A DNA stretch of 64,000 nucleotides from a candidate division WOR-3 bacterium. GTDB taxonomy: Bacteria > Hydrothermota > Tepidihabitantia > Tepidihabitantales > Tepidihabitantaceae. A program made the position numbers and the translations under genes. The stretch is taken from NCBI GenBank assembly GCA_965648905.1, contig CBFGIT010000002.1, positions 64,001 to 128,000 on the forward strand, in the 5' to 3' direction. This document shows positions 1 to 9,464 of the stretch, piece after piece (position 1 is the stretch's first letter; the number at the start of each line of letters is the position of its first letter). Below the pieces are notes generated by a model. It worked only from the letters and a program-made list of their open reading frames with translations. It did not search any database and was not told where the DNA came from.

Positions 1-1065
1 TACGATTGCTTTTACGCGCGCAGGGACACCGGCGCCAGCGCTCTGTGGAGCACTCCCAGGAATCTGTCCGGCATTGGACCGAATACCAACGTTTTTCTGG
101 TTTCGGCCGTCGCTGCGGACATTCGCGGTCGAGTTCACGTGGTGTATCAGGGTGACTACAACCCGTCGCGAGTGGATGGGGCCATCTACCACTGTGTCTT
201 CCAAGGCGACTCGTGGACTGGACCATACTGCTTGACTCCTGCTCCGCGCTGGGAGAACATGACACCATCCATTGCCTGCGACCGGCTGGGCCGGCTGCAT
301 GTGGCCTGGCTACTGTGGCAGTACTCGACAAACCGGGACACTGTCTATTATGCGGTCTACGACTCGGGCTGGAGTACGCGCGAGATAGTAGCGGGAGCTG
401 GAATTGGCTACGGAGTCCCATGCATTGCTGCAGACACTGCTGGCGCACCCTTGGTCGCTTTTGTAGCCGGCCCCCTACAGGCCAACTCCGACGTGTTCGT
501 AGCCAGACGAGACAGCACCGGATGGCACCCTACTAACCTCAGCGTCTCCCCCGGCAACTCGTATGATGTGTCCTTGACGGTCCAGCGCGACGACAGAGTC
601 GCCGTGGTCTGGCAGGAGGCCACTCCGCACGACGAGCTGTTCTTGCGCACCTTTGATGGTCGCGTGTGGTCGCCAGCGCAGAATATCTCCGCCGATAGCA
701 TCAAGTCCAGTCTGGTGCCCCAGTTGGCATTCCCACCAGGACCCGACAGGTTGGACCTCATCTGGGTCTCGCCGGAGTCCGCAGGCGCTCAGGTCATGTA
801 CATGGGCCTCTCGCCGGTCGTCTCAGCAATCGCTGGCGAGGCGGCGAGGCTACGGGGCGTCGGTGCTCCGACCTTCGTCATACGCGACTTCGAGCTACAA
901 GGCCATCAGCCCGCCCGATTACTCGACCTCGACGGACGTGCGGTCGGTGTGCTACGTCCCGGCGCGAACGACTTGCGGCATCTGAGTCCGGGCATCTACT
1001 TCGTCAGGCAGGTAGGGAGCGAGGGAGCGGGGGGGAGAGTGAGCAAGGTCGTGGTGGTGAAGTAG
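1..1065 (+). CDS. Secreted beta-propeller (BNR-like) protein with short T9SS-like CTD; 5' end lies outside the window
   Basis: Frame is open from base 1 (YDCFYARRDTG...). Repeated HVxW/PSIAxD blades. C-terminus LLDLDGRAVGVLRPGANDLRHLSPGIYFVR...KVVVVK. Paralog of the next gene. Confidence 0.8.
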   Translation, partial: YDCFYARRDTGASALWSTPRNLSGIGPNTNVFLVSAVAADIRGRVHVVYQGDYNPSRVDGAIYHCVFQGDSWTGPYCLTPAPRWENMTPSIACDRLGRLHVAWLLWQYSTNRDTVYYAVYDSGWSTREIVAGAGIGYGVPCIAADTAGAPLVAFVAGPLQANSDVFVARRDSTGWHPTNLSVSPGNSYDVSLTVQRDDRVAVVWQEATPHDELFLRTFDGRVWSPAQNISADSIKSSLVPQLAFPPGPDRLDLIWVSPESAGAQVMYMGLSPVVSAIAGEAARLRGVGAPTFVIRDFELQGHQPARLLDLDGRAVGVLRPGANDLRHLSPGIYFVRQVGSEGAGGRVSKVVVVK

Positions 1066-1083
1066 CGCTTAGACCACGCGGAC

Positions 1084-2478
1084 ATGGCTACTCTCGCTTT
1101 GTTTATCTGTGTGATGTTCCCCGACTCCGCGTACACGGTAGCGAGGACTCGCACTGGTTCCCCAATCGCATATAGCTGCACGCGGTCAGTCGTGCGCGAT
1201 GACCTTGGCGTTAGCCACGTTGCGTTCTCGTACAATGACGGCCTTCCGTTCGCCGAGTCGGCCGAGGTGTTCTACACCCGCTCGACCGACGAAGGTGCCA
1301 GCTGGTCAGCCTGGGAGAATGTAAGCCGGTCCGACAGCTTCACCGTCTTCTTCCCCTCGCTGGCCGTTGACAGCAGTGGGGCTGTGCATAGCACTTGGCT
1401 GCAGTTCTGGATTGACAGCGCAGCCGGGTGGCACTACGACTGCTTCTACGCGCGCCGGGACACCGGGGTAGGCCACGGGTGGAGTACCCCCAGGAATCTG
1501 TCTGGCATGGGGCCGAATACGAATAACTTCCTCATCTCGGCCGTCGCCGCGGACGTGCGTGGGAGAGTCCATGTGGTGTATCAGGGCGACTACAATCCGT
1601 CGCGAGTCGATGGGGCCATCTACCACTGCGTCTTTCAGGGCGATTCCTGGACGAGACCCTACTGCCTGACGCCTAGCCCGCGATGGGAGAATGAGACTCC
1701 GTCCATAGCCTGCGACCGCCAGGGCCGCCTGCACGCAGCGTGGCATCTCTGGCAGTACTCCACAAATCAGGATACTATCTACTACGCTGTCTTTGACACA
1801 AGTTGGGGCGCGACTGAGGTAATTGCCGCCGGGGCCGGCTACGGTGAGCCGTGCATCGCCGTGGACTCGCAAGGCACACCGCAGGCCTCGTTTGTAGCAG
1901 GGTCTCTGCACACCAACAATGAAACGTATCACGCCCGGCGCGACAGCACAGGCTGGCATTTGACCAATCTCAGCAACTCGCCGGAGAACTGTTACCACGC
2001 AGCTATTTCGGTACAGCCTGGCGGGGAAGCGTCGGTAGTCTGGGGAGAAGTCAGCCCCCATTACGACCTATTCTTGCGCACCTTCGATGGCCGCGTGTGG
2101 TCGCCAACGCAGAATATCTCCGCCGATAGCATCAAGTCCAGTCTGGTGCCCCAGTTGGCATTCCCACCAGGACCTGGCAAGCTGGACCTCATCTGGGTCT
2201 CGCCAGAGTCCGCAGGCGCTCAGGTCATGTACATGGGACTGTCTCCGGTCGTGTCGGCTACGGCCGAGGAGGTGACGCCCCACCTGGCCGGAGCCGTACA
2301 GACGCTGGTGAGCCGCAAGTTTGTGCTCCACGGAGGTAGGCCGGAGAGACTACTCGACGCCGCCGGTCGTGTAGTAACAACGCTGATGCCTGGGAGCAAC
2401 GACCGCTGCCAACTCAGGCCCGGCGTGTACTTCGTTGGTGCCGGAGGCCGCAGGGAGCGTATCGTGCTTATCCGCTAG
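1084..2478 (+). CDS. Secreted beta-propeller (BNR/Asp-box) protein with short T9SS-like CTD
   Basis: Hydrophobic N-terminus, Asp-box STDEGASW, repeated blades, tail LLDAAGRVVTTLMPGSND...PGVYFV. Confidence 0.8.
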   Translation: MATLALFICVMFPDSAYTVARTRTGSPIAYSCTRSVVRDDLGVSHVAFSYNDGLPFAESAEVFYTRSTDEGASWSAWENVSRSDSFTVFFPSLAVDSSGAVHSTWLQFWIDSAAGWHYDCFYARRDTGVGHGWSTPRNLSGMGPNTNNFLISAVAADVRGRVHVVYQGDYNPSRVDGAIYHCVFQGDSWTRPYCLTPSPRWENETPSIACDRQGRLHAAWHLWQYSTNQDTIYYAVFDTSWGATEVIAAGAGYGEPCIAVDSQGTPQASFVAGSLHTNNETYHARRDSTGWHLTNLSNSPENCYHAAISVQPGGEASVVWGEVSPHYDLFLRTFDGRVWSPTQNISADSIKSSLVPQLAFPPGPGKLDLIWVSPESAGAQVMYMGLSPVVSATAEEVTPHLAGAVQTLVSRKFVLHGGRPERLLDAAGRVVTTLMPGSNDRCQLRPGVYFVGAGGRRERIVLIR

Positions 2479-2493
2479 CTGTATGGAGGACAG

Positions 2494-3621
2494 ATGAGAC
2501 ACCTTGTTATGCTGGCCCTGACCCTGGGTTTGGCTTCGGCGACCGTCGTGGTCACGGGCCATTCGGTCGTCACAGTTGACGGCAGCCGTACCCCTGGTTC
2601 ATGCGTGGCTATCGACGCCGACCGAGAGTTGATTGGGAACGGCGGCTTCGAAACCGGGCAATTGCCGCCATGGACGACCATTGCCTGGATTGTCGACACC
2701 AAGTACCCGCACCGCGGCACCTATTGCGCGAGCGTGGTCGGCAACAACTGGATTCGCCAGTTCATCGACACGGTGCCCGCGAACGAAATCCAGAGCGTCA
2801 CCTTCTGGTCCCGCCAGCCGGACCAGCCCGCAGCCCAGGCCTTTGACTTCTTCTACTCGGACGGCTCCTACGAGGAGTTCGTCCACTTCCCACAGCCGGA
2901 CTGGCAGCAGTTCGACGTGACCTACCGGCTGAACCGGTCCAAGAGCCTGGTGGGCCTGGGAATCTGGGGCTATTCCGGCGGCGGGCCCGGGCCGGACAGC
3001 ACGTTTCTGGACGACGTCTCGATTCAGGTGCGCGACCCGCGGCGCGAGGTCGGCATCACGAGCATCTTGAGTCCGCGCGATACGATTCCATTCGACAGCG
3101 CCAATACGCCGATAGTCCAAGTCCGCAACTTCGGCGAGACCAGTGACTCGCTCCGGGTGGTCGTTATGGTCGAGGACATCTGCGACCCTGACCCGTACTA
3201 CTGGGACACGGTGGCCCTGTTCCTCGCCGCGGGCGCGACCGCAAGCCCCGAGTTCGAGCCGTGGCAGCCGCGCTGGCCGTCCATGCACCGTGTCAATTCA
3301 TGGGTAATGCTTGAGGGCAATGCCAACCATGATACGGTGCGGCAGTTCTTCTGGGTGCGGCCGGGAACCGGCGTCGCCGAGCAGGTAGCACGGACAGCGC
3401 GTGCTAAGGCGAGTATCGTACGCGGTGTGCTGTGGCTGACAAGGGACATGACCCAAACGTCCGACGTTTGGGATCGTGTCCCAAGACCACTCCTCGACGC
3501 ATCTGGCCGCAAGGTACTTGACCTGCACCCCGGCCCGAACGACGTCTCTCACCTGGCGCCCGGCGTCTACTTCGTGCGCCAAGAGCCACATGCCACAACC
3601 AAAGTTGTGCTGCAGCGGTAG
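2494..3621 (+). CDS. Secreted protein: CBM-like jelly-roll, CARDB-like Ig domain and T9SS-like CTD
   Basis: RBS GGAGGA, signal peptide, NGGFETG...LDDVS motif, VQVRNFG CARDB motif, tail LLDASGRKVLDLHPGPNDVSHLAPGVYFV. Confidence 0.8.
   Translation: MRHLVMLALTLGLASATVVVTGHSVVTVDGSRTPGSCVAIDADRELIGNGGFETGQLPPWTTIAWIVDTKYPHRGTYCASVVGNNWIRQFIDTVPANEIQSVTFWSRQPDQPAAQAFDFFYSDGSYEEFVHFPQPDWQQFDVTYRLNRSKSLVGLGIWGYSGGGPGPDSTFLDDVSIQVRDPRREVGITSILSPRDTIPFDSANTPIVQVRNFGETSDSLRVVVMVEDICDPDPYYWDTVALFLAAGATASPEFEPWQPRWPSMHRVNSWVMLEGNANHDTVRQFFWVRPGTGVAEQVARTARAKASIVRGVLWLTRDMTQTSDVWDRVPRPLLDASGRKVLDLHPGPNDVSHLAPGVYFVRQEPHATTKVVLQR
3443..3482. repeat. REP-like palindrome in frame within a CDS
   Basis: GGGACATGACCCAAACGTC-C-GACGTTTGGGATCGTGTCCC; near-perfect inverted repeat encoding RDMTQTSDVWDRVP. 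Confidence 0.8.
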
Positions 3622-3853
3622 GGTGGGAAGTGAGGCAGCGCGTGGGTCGGATAATTCCATTTACTATAGGTTGTCAATACGCGGACACGGCAACCGCGGC
3701 CCGAACACAGTCAGCGAGGCGCACCTGTTGAAGCTTGCTGCGGCCAGGGAGCAAGCGACCTGCACGAACTCAGGCAACGTCAGCGGAGCGAAGTAGCCAG
3801 CCCGCAATCGCGGCGGCAAGCCACTCCTTCAACAGAGTCGCCAATGTCCGTCG

Positions 3854-4918
3854 TCACTTTTGCCTTCTGCATTCTAGGGCCTGGCTTCTGACTTCGCCCG
3901 GCTGCGCCACGCGGTCCCATTCTGCCATAACCAGTTGTCCGAGCCGGTCGACCAGGGCCGGGTCGTGCCACTTGCGCAGTCCGACCTTGAGTTGCAGTTC
4001 GACCGCTTTGCCGCGCTCTTCTGACCCGGGCTTGGTCGACCGTGCCACGTTCGTGAACGCGGTCACGAACGCGAGGTAATTGCCCATCTGCTGGTCGGCA
4101 AGCCCGGCCTGCCGGAGCAGGACCTTCACCTTCTCCACTATCGGCTGGAACCGCTGTTCGAACTCGTCATGCTCCTTCGCCTTCTGCTCCAGCCACTCCT
4201 GCCGGCACATCTGTTCGTCGGTCAGCACCCGCTCGCCCGGTGAGGTCGCCATGGTCTTCCGCGCATCCTCAAGACCCGGCAGCCATTCAAGGTCGCCGTC
4301 TTTCTCCATGTCACTGAACAGCCCGGCCACCCTGGTGCCGATGTGTTCAATCAGCTCCTCGGGCAAGGCTTTCTTCCTGGCCCAGGCACGAACTTGACCA
4401 AGGCGCCGAGCCCGCTGCTTTGCGTCGCCGGCGCGGGTCTCGTAGAGAATCCTGAAGGTGCGGCGTGCGAGCCGGGCGCTCACCTTGCGCCACGGCTCAC
4501 CCGGAGAGAGCCCGAGGGCGCTGAACTCGCGGTGCAGGAGGTGCTCAAGCACCTGGGCCAGGGTGTACCATGCTGCCTGCCGCCGCAGCTCAAGGTTGGC
4601 CGTATCGTCCTGGCGCGGGCGGGCGCTGGTGCGCGGGCCCACGCGGCACTCGGGCACGGACAGCGGGACCGCAAGCCAGCGCTTGAACGCCTCGGCAACT
4701 TCGGTCGGGTCAGCCCGGCACGCCCGCAGAAAGTCGATAACGACCCGCAGAGAAGGGTTGGCCAAAGCGCCGTGCTCAAGGCGTGAGACGAAGCTCTTGG
4801 CATAGCGCCGCTCCATGCCCAGCGCTGCCCCGACCTGCGCCTGGCTGAGACCGGACTTCAGGCGTGCGCTCCGGAGGAGCTCAAACAGCCCGGGCATGTT
4901 CGGACGGTTCAGGGTCAC
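3854..4918 (-). CDS. XRE-family HTH protein with long helical C-terminal region (start may be ATG 4897)
   Basis: LRSARLKSGLSQAQVG...VSRLEHG..NPSL is an XRE HTH signature. Confidence 0.8.
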   Translation of the reverse strand: MTLNRPNMPGLFELLRSARLKSGLSQAQVGAALGMERRYAKSFVSRLEHGALANPSLRVVIDFLRACRADPTEVAEAFKRWLAVPLSVPECRVGPRTSARPRQDDTANLELRRQAAWYTLAQVLEHLLHREFSALGLSPGEPWRKVSARLARRTFRILYETRAGDAKQRARRLGQVRAWARKKALPEELIEHIGTRVAGLFSDMEKDGDLEWLPGLEDARKTMATSPGERVLTDEQMCRQEWLEQKAKEHDEFEQRFQPIVEKVKVLLRQAGLADQQMGNYLAFVTAFTNVARSTKPGSEERGKAVELQLKVGLRKWHDPALVDRLGQLVMAEWDRVAQPGEVRSQALECRRQK

Positions 4919-5028
4919 GGCACTAGTTTACATATATTGTAACCCTTGGGCAACCAGAACTTCAGCCTAACCGGTTGGCATATTGCTACTTAGTCCACTA
5001 CCACACTTGAGGTGGGTACGGTCTCCCT

Positions 5029-5280
5029 TGCCACTTGGGCCGCGGCTCTGGTCGTCGCAGTGAGAGCGGCTTGGCCTGTCCTGGTCGGTGTCGCTCTGGC
5101 TGACGCCGGCCCTGGTGCTCTACTTGCCGAGATGTCTGTCCCTGTGCCTGTCGCTCTGTTCCTGGCTCGGCTTCCGGCCGGCAGCGCCGAGCCGACCTGC
5201 GCTTGGACTTAGGTTCCGACTGTGGTTCTGGCCGTGGTTGGCACCGTCGCTCTCCTCGTTGCTTCAGGCGCTCCGCCACA
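5029..5280 (+). repeat. Degenerate 12-bp tandem array, about 21 units, consensus near YGYCGCTCTGNC
   Basis: Units in register, e.g. cgcggctctggt, tgtcgctctggc, tgtcgctctgtt, cctggctcggct, tgtggttctggc, cgtcgctctcct. Confidence 0.7.
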
Positions 5281-5563
5281 CTATGAACGCCGGGTGCGCC
5301 GATGGTTCACCTGGCGTTCGGACTGTTGAGGTCATGGGCAGAATACTCACGAGTTGTCAATACACGGGCCCGAGTCCTGGGAGATGACGCTCAAGACAGG
5401 GGCAAGGGTCAAAGTGGCGGGCCTGCCCGGTGTTCGACATGCGCGCCCCACCATCTTGCTTCCTGCATGTTGCAGGTCGCCTTGGGTCGAAGTTGACATA
5501 GCGCTTGTTCTAGCCCAACATAGGTAGAGAGACCATGCGCCGGCAACACAGAGAGGACTCCTG

Positions 5564-8500
5564 ATGCGCACAGCAACTGTTTCTGTTCTTGGACTTGTTC
5601 TCGCCTCGGTCAGCTTTGCCTTGTCGCCCCTGGAGCAGGACAACGTGTTCTTCGACGGTGAGGTCTCAGCCAACAACGGTCGCGTCGTGCTGAGTACGTC
5701 TCTCGCACCCGCCCGGATGCCCGCCGGCTGGTATGCCAACGTTGAGGGACTTGATACCCTGACCGTGCTGCTTGCCGGCCAGCCGATCGCCGCGTTCGGC
5801 AAGGACAGGCTACCCAAGAGCCGCATCAAGGGGCTGGACTTGTCTCAGTATGCCGGCATGCTCCGACCCGGGAACAACCAGGTCGAGCTCCGCACCAGCC
5901 CGGGTCGGTTCTGGCTGCGGATGTGGACCAGCGACAACGCCTGGTACCCGAGCAACTTTCACGCCCACACCACCTACTCGGATGGCCGGTACTCAGTGCA
6001 CGACCTGCTGCAACTGGTGCTGGCCGAAGGTGCGCGGGCCTATGCGATAACCGACCACAACACCCTGGCCCAGTGCTACGACACCGCATTCCACCCGGTC
6101 GGGGAACTCAATCCGATTCGCGGGACCGAGTGGACATCACCCTTGGGCCACGCGAATATCCTCGGCCCGGAGGGTGCGACCTGGTTCGACTCAACGATGG
6201 CGGTGCGCCAGATGCTCGATGAAGCGAGTTACCGCGGCGGCACGGTGCAGATCAATCATCCGTGCGATGACGAGCTCGGATTCGGCTGGACCCGGTATCC
6301 GGTGCTCGATTCGAGCATCGACTGCATCGAGGTGTTCAACAATCTGACCTGGTTTCCCGGCGGCCCGCGCACCAACGACCGTGAGGCGCTTGCCTGGTGG
6401 CACAGCCTGCTGGTCGCCGGCCATACCATCGCGGCAACCGGCAATTCCGACTATCACGGCACGATTCCGGGTGAGGGCGGGCCCATGGAATCCCAGACCC
6501 GGGTCTGGGCACCGTCGAATCATCCGGACACGATCCTCAAGTACATGAAATTTGGCCAGGGGATGGTGCTCGATGAGTCGGACGATGGTCGCATCTACAT
6601 CTACGCCGACACCAACAACAACGGCTCATGGGACCTGGTCATGGGCCAGCACGCACGCGTGACATCGTCAAGGACGATCCGATTCCGGGCCGAGGTCGAA
6701 GACGCTGACTGGCTTGACGACTTCTGGGTCTACAACCGCTACGGCACAGTCCACAACCACTGGTTCACCAACCCCTTGGGTCCCTGGGACTACGCCTACG
6801 AATGGACCGCAAACTACAATGCCCAAAGCCGTGACTTTGTCCGCGCCTATCTTGAGAATGCTGCCAATGACCCGGAGCTTGCGACCAACCCGATATACGT
6901 CAACCATCCGGACTACGAGCTCGGCCCGACTCGGCTCTCAAGCCAGACCGTGAACCGACCCGACACCGTACTGGTCTTGAGTCCTGAAACCCTGCGGTTC
7001 CGGTTGACCAATGCGGTCGGGTTCTCGCCGTGGCGGTACGGCATTGCGTTCGCCTGCGACACCTCCCGGTTTGATATTATCCGCTGGCAGAGTTCAGGCC
7101 CGGGCATCGGCCAGGTCCAGTACCGCACCAGCGGCCGCTACCGCATCCTTGAGTGGCAGGGCGGGTACACCTGGAGCAACCGGCTTTCGGTCGGCACGAG
7201 TTTTGACTTCTGGCTTGTGGTCCGTGCCCGGGCGCGGGGCAACCAGCAGGTTCTGTTTCGGAGTTGGGCTCACGACCGGATTCAGCTTGTCGAGCTCGAG
7301 CCCAGGACCGGGTTCTTCGGGCCTGAGGCACGGGTCTGGCATTGCGAAACGGTCTTCGTCAAGGCCATGGACGTCCAGCCGGTCTCGATTGAAATCCCAG
7401 CCGCGGTCATGGACTCGTCTGGTCCGATTGTGCCGCAGGTGACCGTGCGCAACAACGGCAACGCGCCGGTTGACTTCGGCGTGGTGATGAACATCGGGTC
7501 GGGTTACTCCGGCTCGGCAAGTGTGACCGGGCTCGGGCCCGGAGCCGCAAGACAGGTCAGTCTCAGCCCGGCGTGGCAGCCGGCACGTGGCGAACAAGCA
7601 ATCCGCTGTGTCACGTTGCTGGCCGGGGACTGCGTTCCGGAAAACGACACACTCTGGTCCTCGGTCCTGGTCCGGGTCCACGATGCGGCTGCGGTCGCAG
7701 TGACCAGCCCGCAATCAAGAATCCCGGCTGGTCGAATCACGCCCGTGGCCAAGGTACGCAACCGAGGAACCGAACGCGAGCCGGTCAAGGTCTTCTTTTG
7801 TATCAATTCAGTTCCGGTTTATGCCGAGTCGGTCGAACTGACTGAAGGCCTGCCGGTTGACGTCGACACCTTGATTGCCTTTCCGGACTGGGTTGCCGCC
7901 CATGGCAGTTATCTGGCCCGGTGCTCGACCGCTCTGGTACAAGATCAGCAGCCGGGCAACGATACCGTGAGCCTCCACTTTGTCGTTGGCCCGACAGGCC
8001 AGACCGGCTGGCAGGAGCGGGCGAATCTGCCCAATTCTGCCCGGGTCGGTGCGTTCCTGGTCAGCGACCAGGCAACGATGAAGGTTTACGGTGCTCCAGG
8101 CGGCAAGGCTTCGGACTTCTACGCCTATGACCCGGGGGGCGACTCTTGGAGTCGGCGCTGTCCGATTCCGGCCGGGGTTGAGAACAAGCCGGCAGGCAAG
8201 GGCGCCAATGCCTGTGCTGCGGGCAACGGCACACTCTACACGGTGAAAGGCAACAACACCCAGGCCTTCTACCGCTACGACGCGGTGCACGATTCATGGG
8301 CAGCGCTTGCGTCAATTCCACTCGGCACCTCGAACAAGCGGGTGAAAGGCGGCGCTGATATCGCCTGCGCCGATGGCCGCGTCTACCTTGTCAAAGGCGA
8401 CCGGAATGAGTTCTACCGCTACGAACCGGCAGGCGACTCCTGGACTACGCTCACCCCCATCCCCGCAGCAACGCCTAGGTTCGGAGCCGGCTCTTTTGCG

Positions 8501-9235
8501 GTCTACGATGGCAACCGGACCATCTACGTGCATCAGGCCAAGTACAACGACATGTTCGCCTACGATATCACCACCGGCGAGTGGCGGCAGATGCCTTCCG
8601 GCATGCCGCTGGTCGGTCGCGCGGGCAAGTCCAGAAAGGCGAAGGACGGCAGCAGTGGTGCATGGCTCGAAAACCGGCTGTACTCGCTCAAAGGCGGCAA
8701 CACCTCTGAGTTCTGGCGCTACTCGGCGGCTGCGGATTCGTGGCACGAGATGGAAGAGCTGCCCCTGCTTGGTTCCAGCGGCAGCAAGAAGAAGGTCAAG
8801 GCTGGTGCTGACCTGACTGATTATGTCTCAGGCCAGACAGGTGTCTGCTACGCGTTCAAAGGCAGCAAGACCCGAGAGTTCTGGTGCTACACGCCGGGAG
8901 CAACGCTCTGCGCCTCGCGCTTTGCGCCCGACGCGAGAACCGGTGTCCAGTCCAGTACGATGCACGAGGCGTCCGGCACGGTGCGGGTCTTCCCTAATCT
9001 GCTTCGAGCCGGCTTCGCGACCATCAGGCTGGATGAACAAGTGGCCCACTGGTCCAGTGGTCCGGTGAAAGTCAGTATCATCGATGTCGCCGGTCGTGTT
9101 GTCCGCCATTCGTCATTCGTCATTCGGACCTCGTCCTTGCCGCTTGACCTCGGCGGCCTGAGTGCCGGCGTCTACACCGTGCGTCTGGCCGCAGGCGGCT
9201 ACCAGGCAAGTCAGAGAATCGTCATCCCGCGCTGA
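5564..9235 (+). CDS. Secreted PHP-domain (CehA/McbA-like) metallohydrolase with CARDB domains, Kelch-like propeller and T9SS CTD
   Basis: Signal peptide. PHP motifs HAHTTYSDG, ITDHN, NHP, GNSDYH. CARDB motifs. KGNNT-FYRY repeats. CTD VFPN...DVAGR...LSAGVYTVRL. Confidence 0.85.
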   Translation: MRTATVSVLGLVLASVSFALSPLEQDNVFFDGEVSANNGRVVLSTSLAPARMPAGWYANVEGLDTLTVLLAGQPIAAFGKDRLPKSRIKGLDLSQYAGMLRPGNNQVELRTSPGRFWLRMWTSDNAWYPSNFHAHTTYSDGRYSVHDLLQLVLAEGARAYAITDHNTLAQCYDTAFHPVGELNPIRGTEWTSPLGHANILGPEGATWFDSTMAVRQMLDEASYRGGTVQINHPCDDELGFGWTRYPVLDSSIDCIEVFNNLTWFPGGPRTNDREALAWWHSLLVAGHTIAATGNSDYHGTIPGEGGPMESQTRVWAPSNHPDTILKYMKFGQGMVLDESDDGRIYIYADTNNNGSWDLVMGQHARVTSSRTIRFRAEVEDADWLDDFWVYNRYGTVHNHWFTNPLGPWDYAYEWTANYNAQSRDFVRAYLENAANDPELATNPIYVNHPDYELGPTRLSSQTVNRPDTVLVLSPETLRFRLTNAVGFSPWRYGIAFACDTSRFDIIRWQSSGPGIGQVQYRTSGRYRILEWQGGYTWSNRLSVGTSFDFWLVVRARARGNQQVLFRSWAHDRIQLVELEPRTGFFGPEARVWHCETVFVKAMDVQPVSIEIPAAVMDSSGPIVPQVTVRNNGNAPVDFGVVMNIGSGYSGSASVTGLGPGAARQVSLSPAWQPARGEQAIRCVTLLAGDCVPENDTLWSSVLVRVHDAAAVAVTSPQSRIPAGRITPVAKVRNRGTEREPVKVFFCINSVPVYAESVELTEGLPVDVDTLIAFPDWVAAHGSYLARCSTALVQDQQPGNDTVSLHFVVGPTGQTGWQERANLPNSARVGAFLVSDQATMKVYGAPGGKASDFYAYDPGGDSWSRRCPIPAGVENKPAGKGANACAAGNGTLYTVKGNNTQAFYRYDAVHDSWAALASIPLGTSNKRVKGGADIACADGRVYLVKGDRNEFYRYEPAGDSWTTLTPIPAATPRFGAGSFAVYDGNRTIYVHQAKYNDMFAYDITTGEWRQMPSGMPLVGRAGKSRKAKDGSSGAWLENRLYSLKGGNTSEFWRYSAAADSWHEMEELPLLGSSGSKKKVKAGADLTDYVSGQTGVCYAFKGSKTREFWCYTPGATLCASRFAPDARTGVQSSTMHEASGTVRVFPNLLRAGFATIRLDEQVAHWSSGPVKVSIIDVAGRVVRHSSFVIRTSSLPLDLGGLSAGVYTVRLAAGGYQASQRIVIPR

Positions 9236-9410
9236 CGCATGCGCCGGGAATGACGCCTTACGCGTTACGCTCTACGCTGGACGCCGGGGAGGGTGTCAGA
9301 CTACAAGCGGAGAAGTCACTAGGTTGATAAGCTGAGCTTCGGGACGTCGAGCGCGACTGCACAGACGGATGACCGGGATTGCGCCGGCCCGGTCGAGGCA
9401 TAAGCCTCAG

Positions 9411-9458
9411 GCCTGCCTGCGCGGGAATGGCAGGCAGGCGCGGGAATGGCAGGCAGGC
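9411..9458. repeat. GCCTGCCTGC...GCAGGCAGGC palindrome with a 19-bp tandem duplication
   Basis: gcgcgggaatggcaggcag occurs twice (9419-9437, 9438-9456); gcctgcctgc at 9411-9420 is inverted to gcaggcaggc. Confidence 0.7.
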
Positions 9459-9464
9459 CGAAAC

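Noticed and set aside
1..2478. Diversity-generating retroelement (near-identical repeats plus an Avd-like gene at 60 kb)
   Set aside because: The window has no reverse transcriptase, and the mismatches between copies are not confined to adenines
5029..5280. CRISPR array or mini-array at the 12-mer tracts
   Set aside because: No constant repeat with unique spacers and no cas genes
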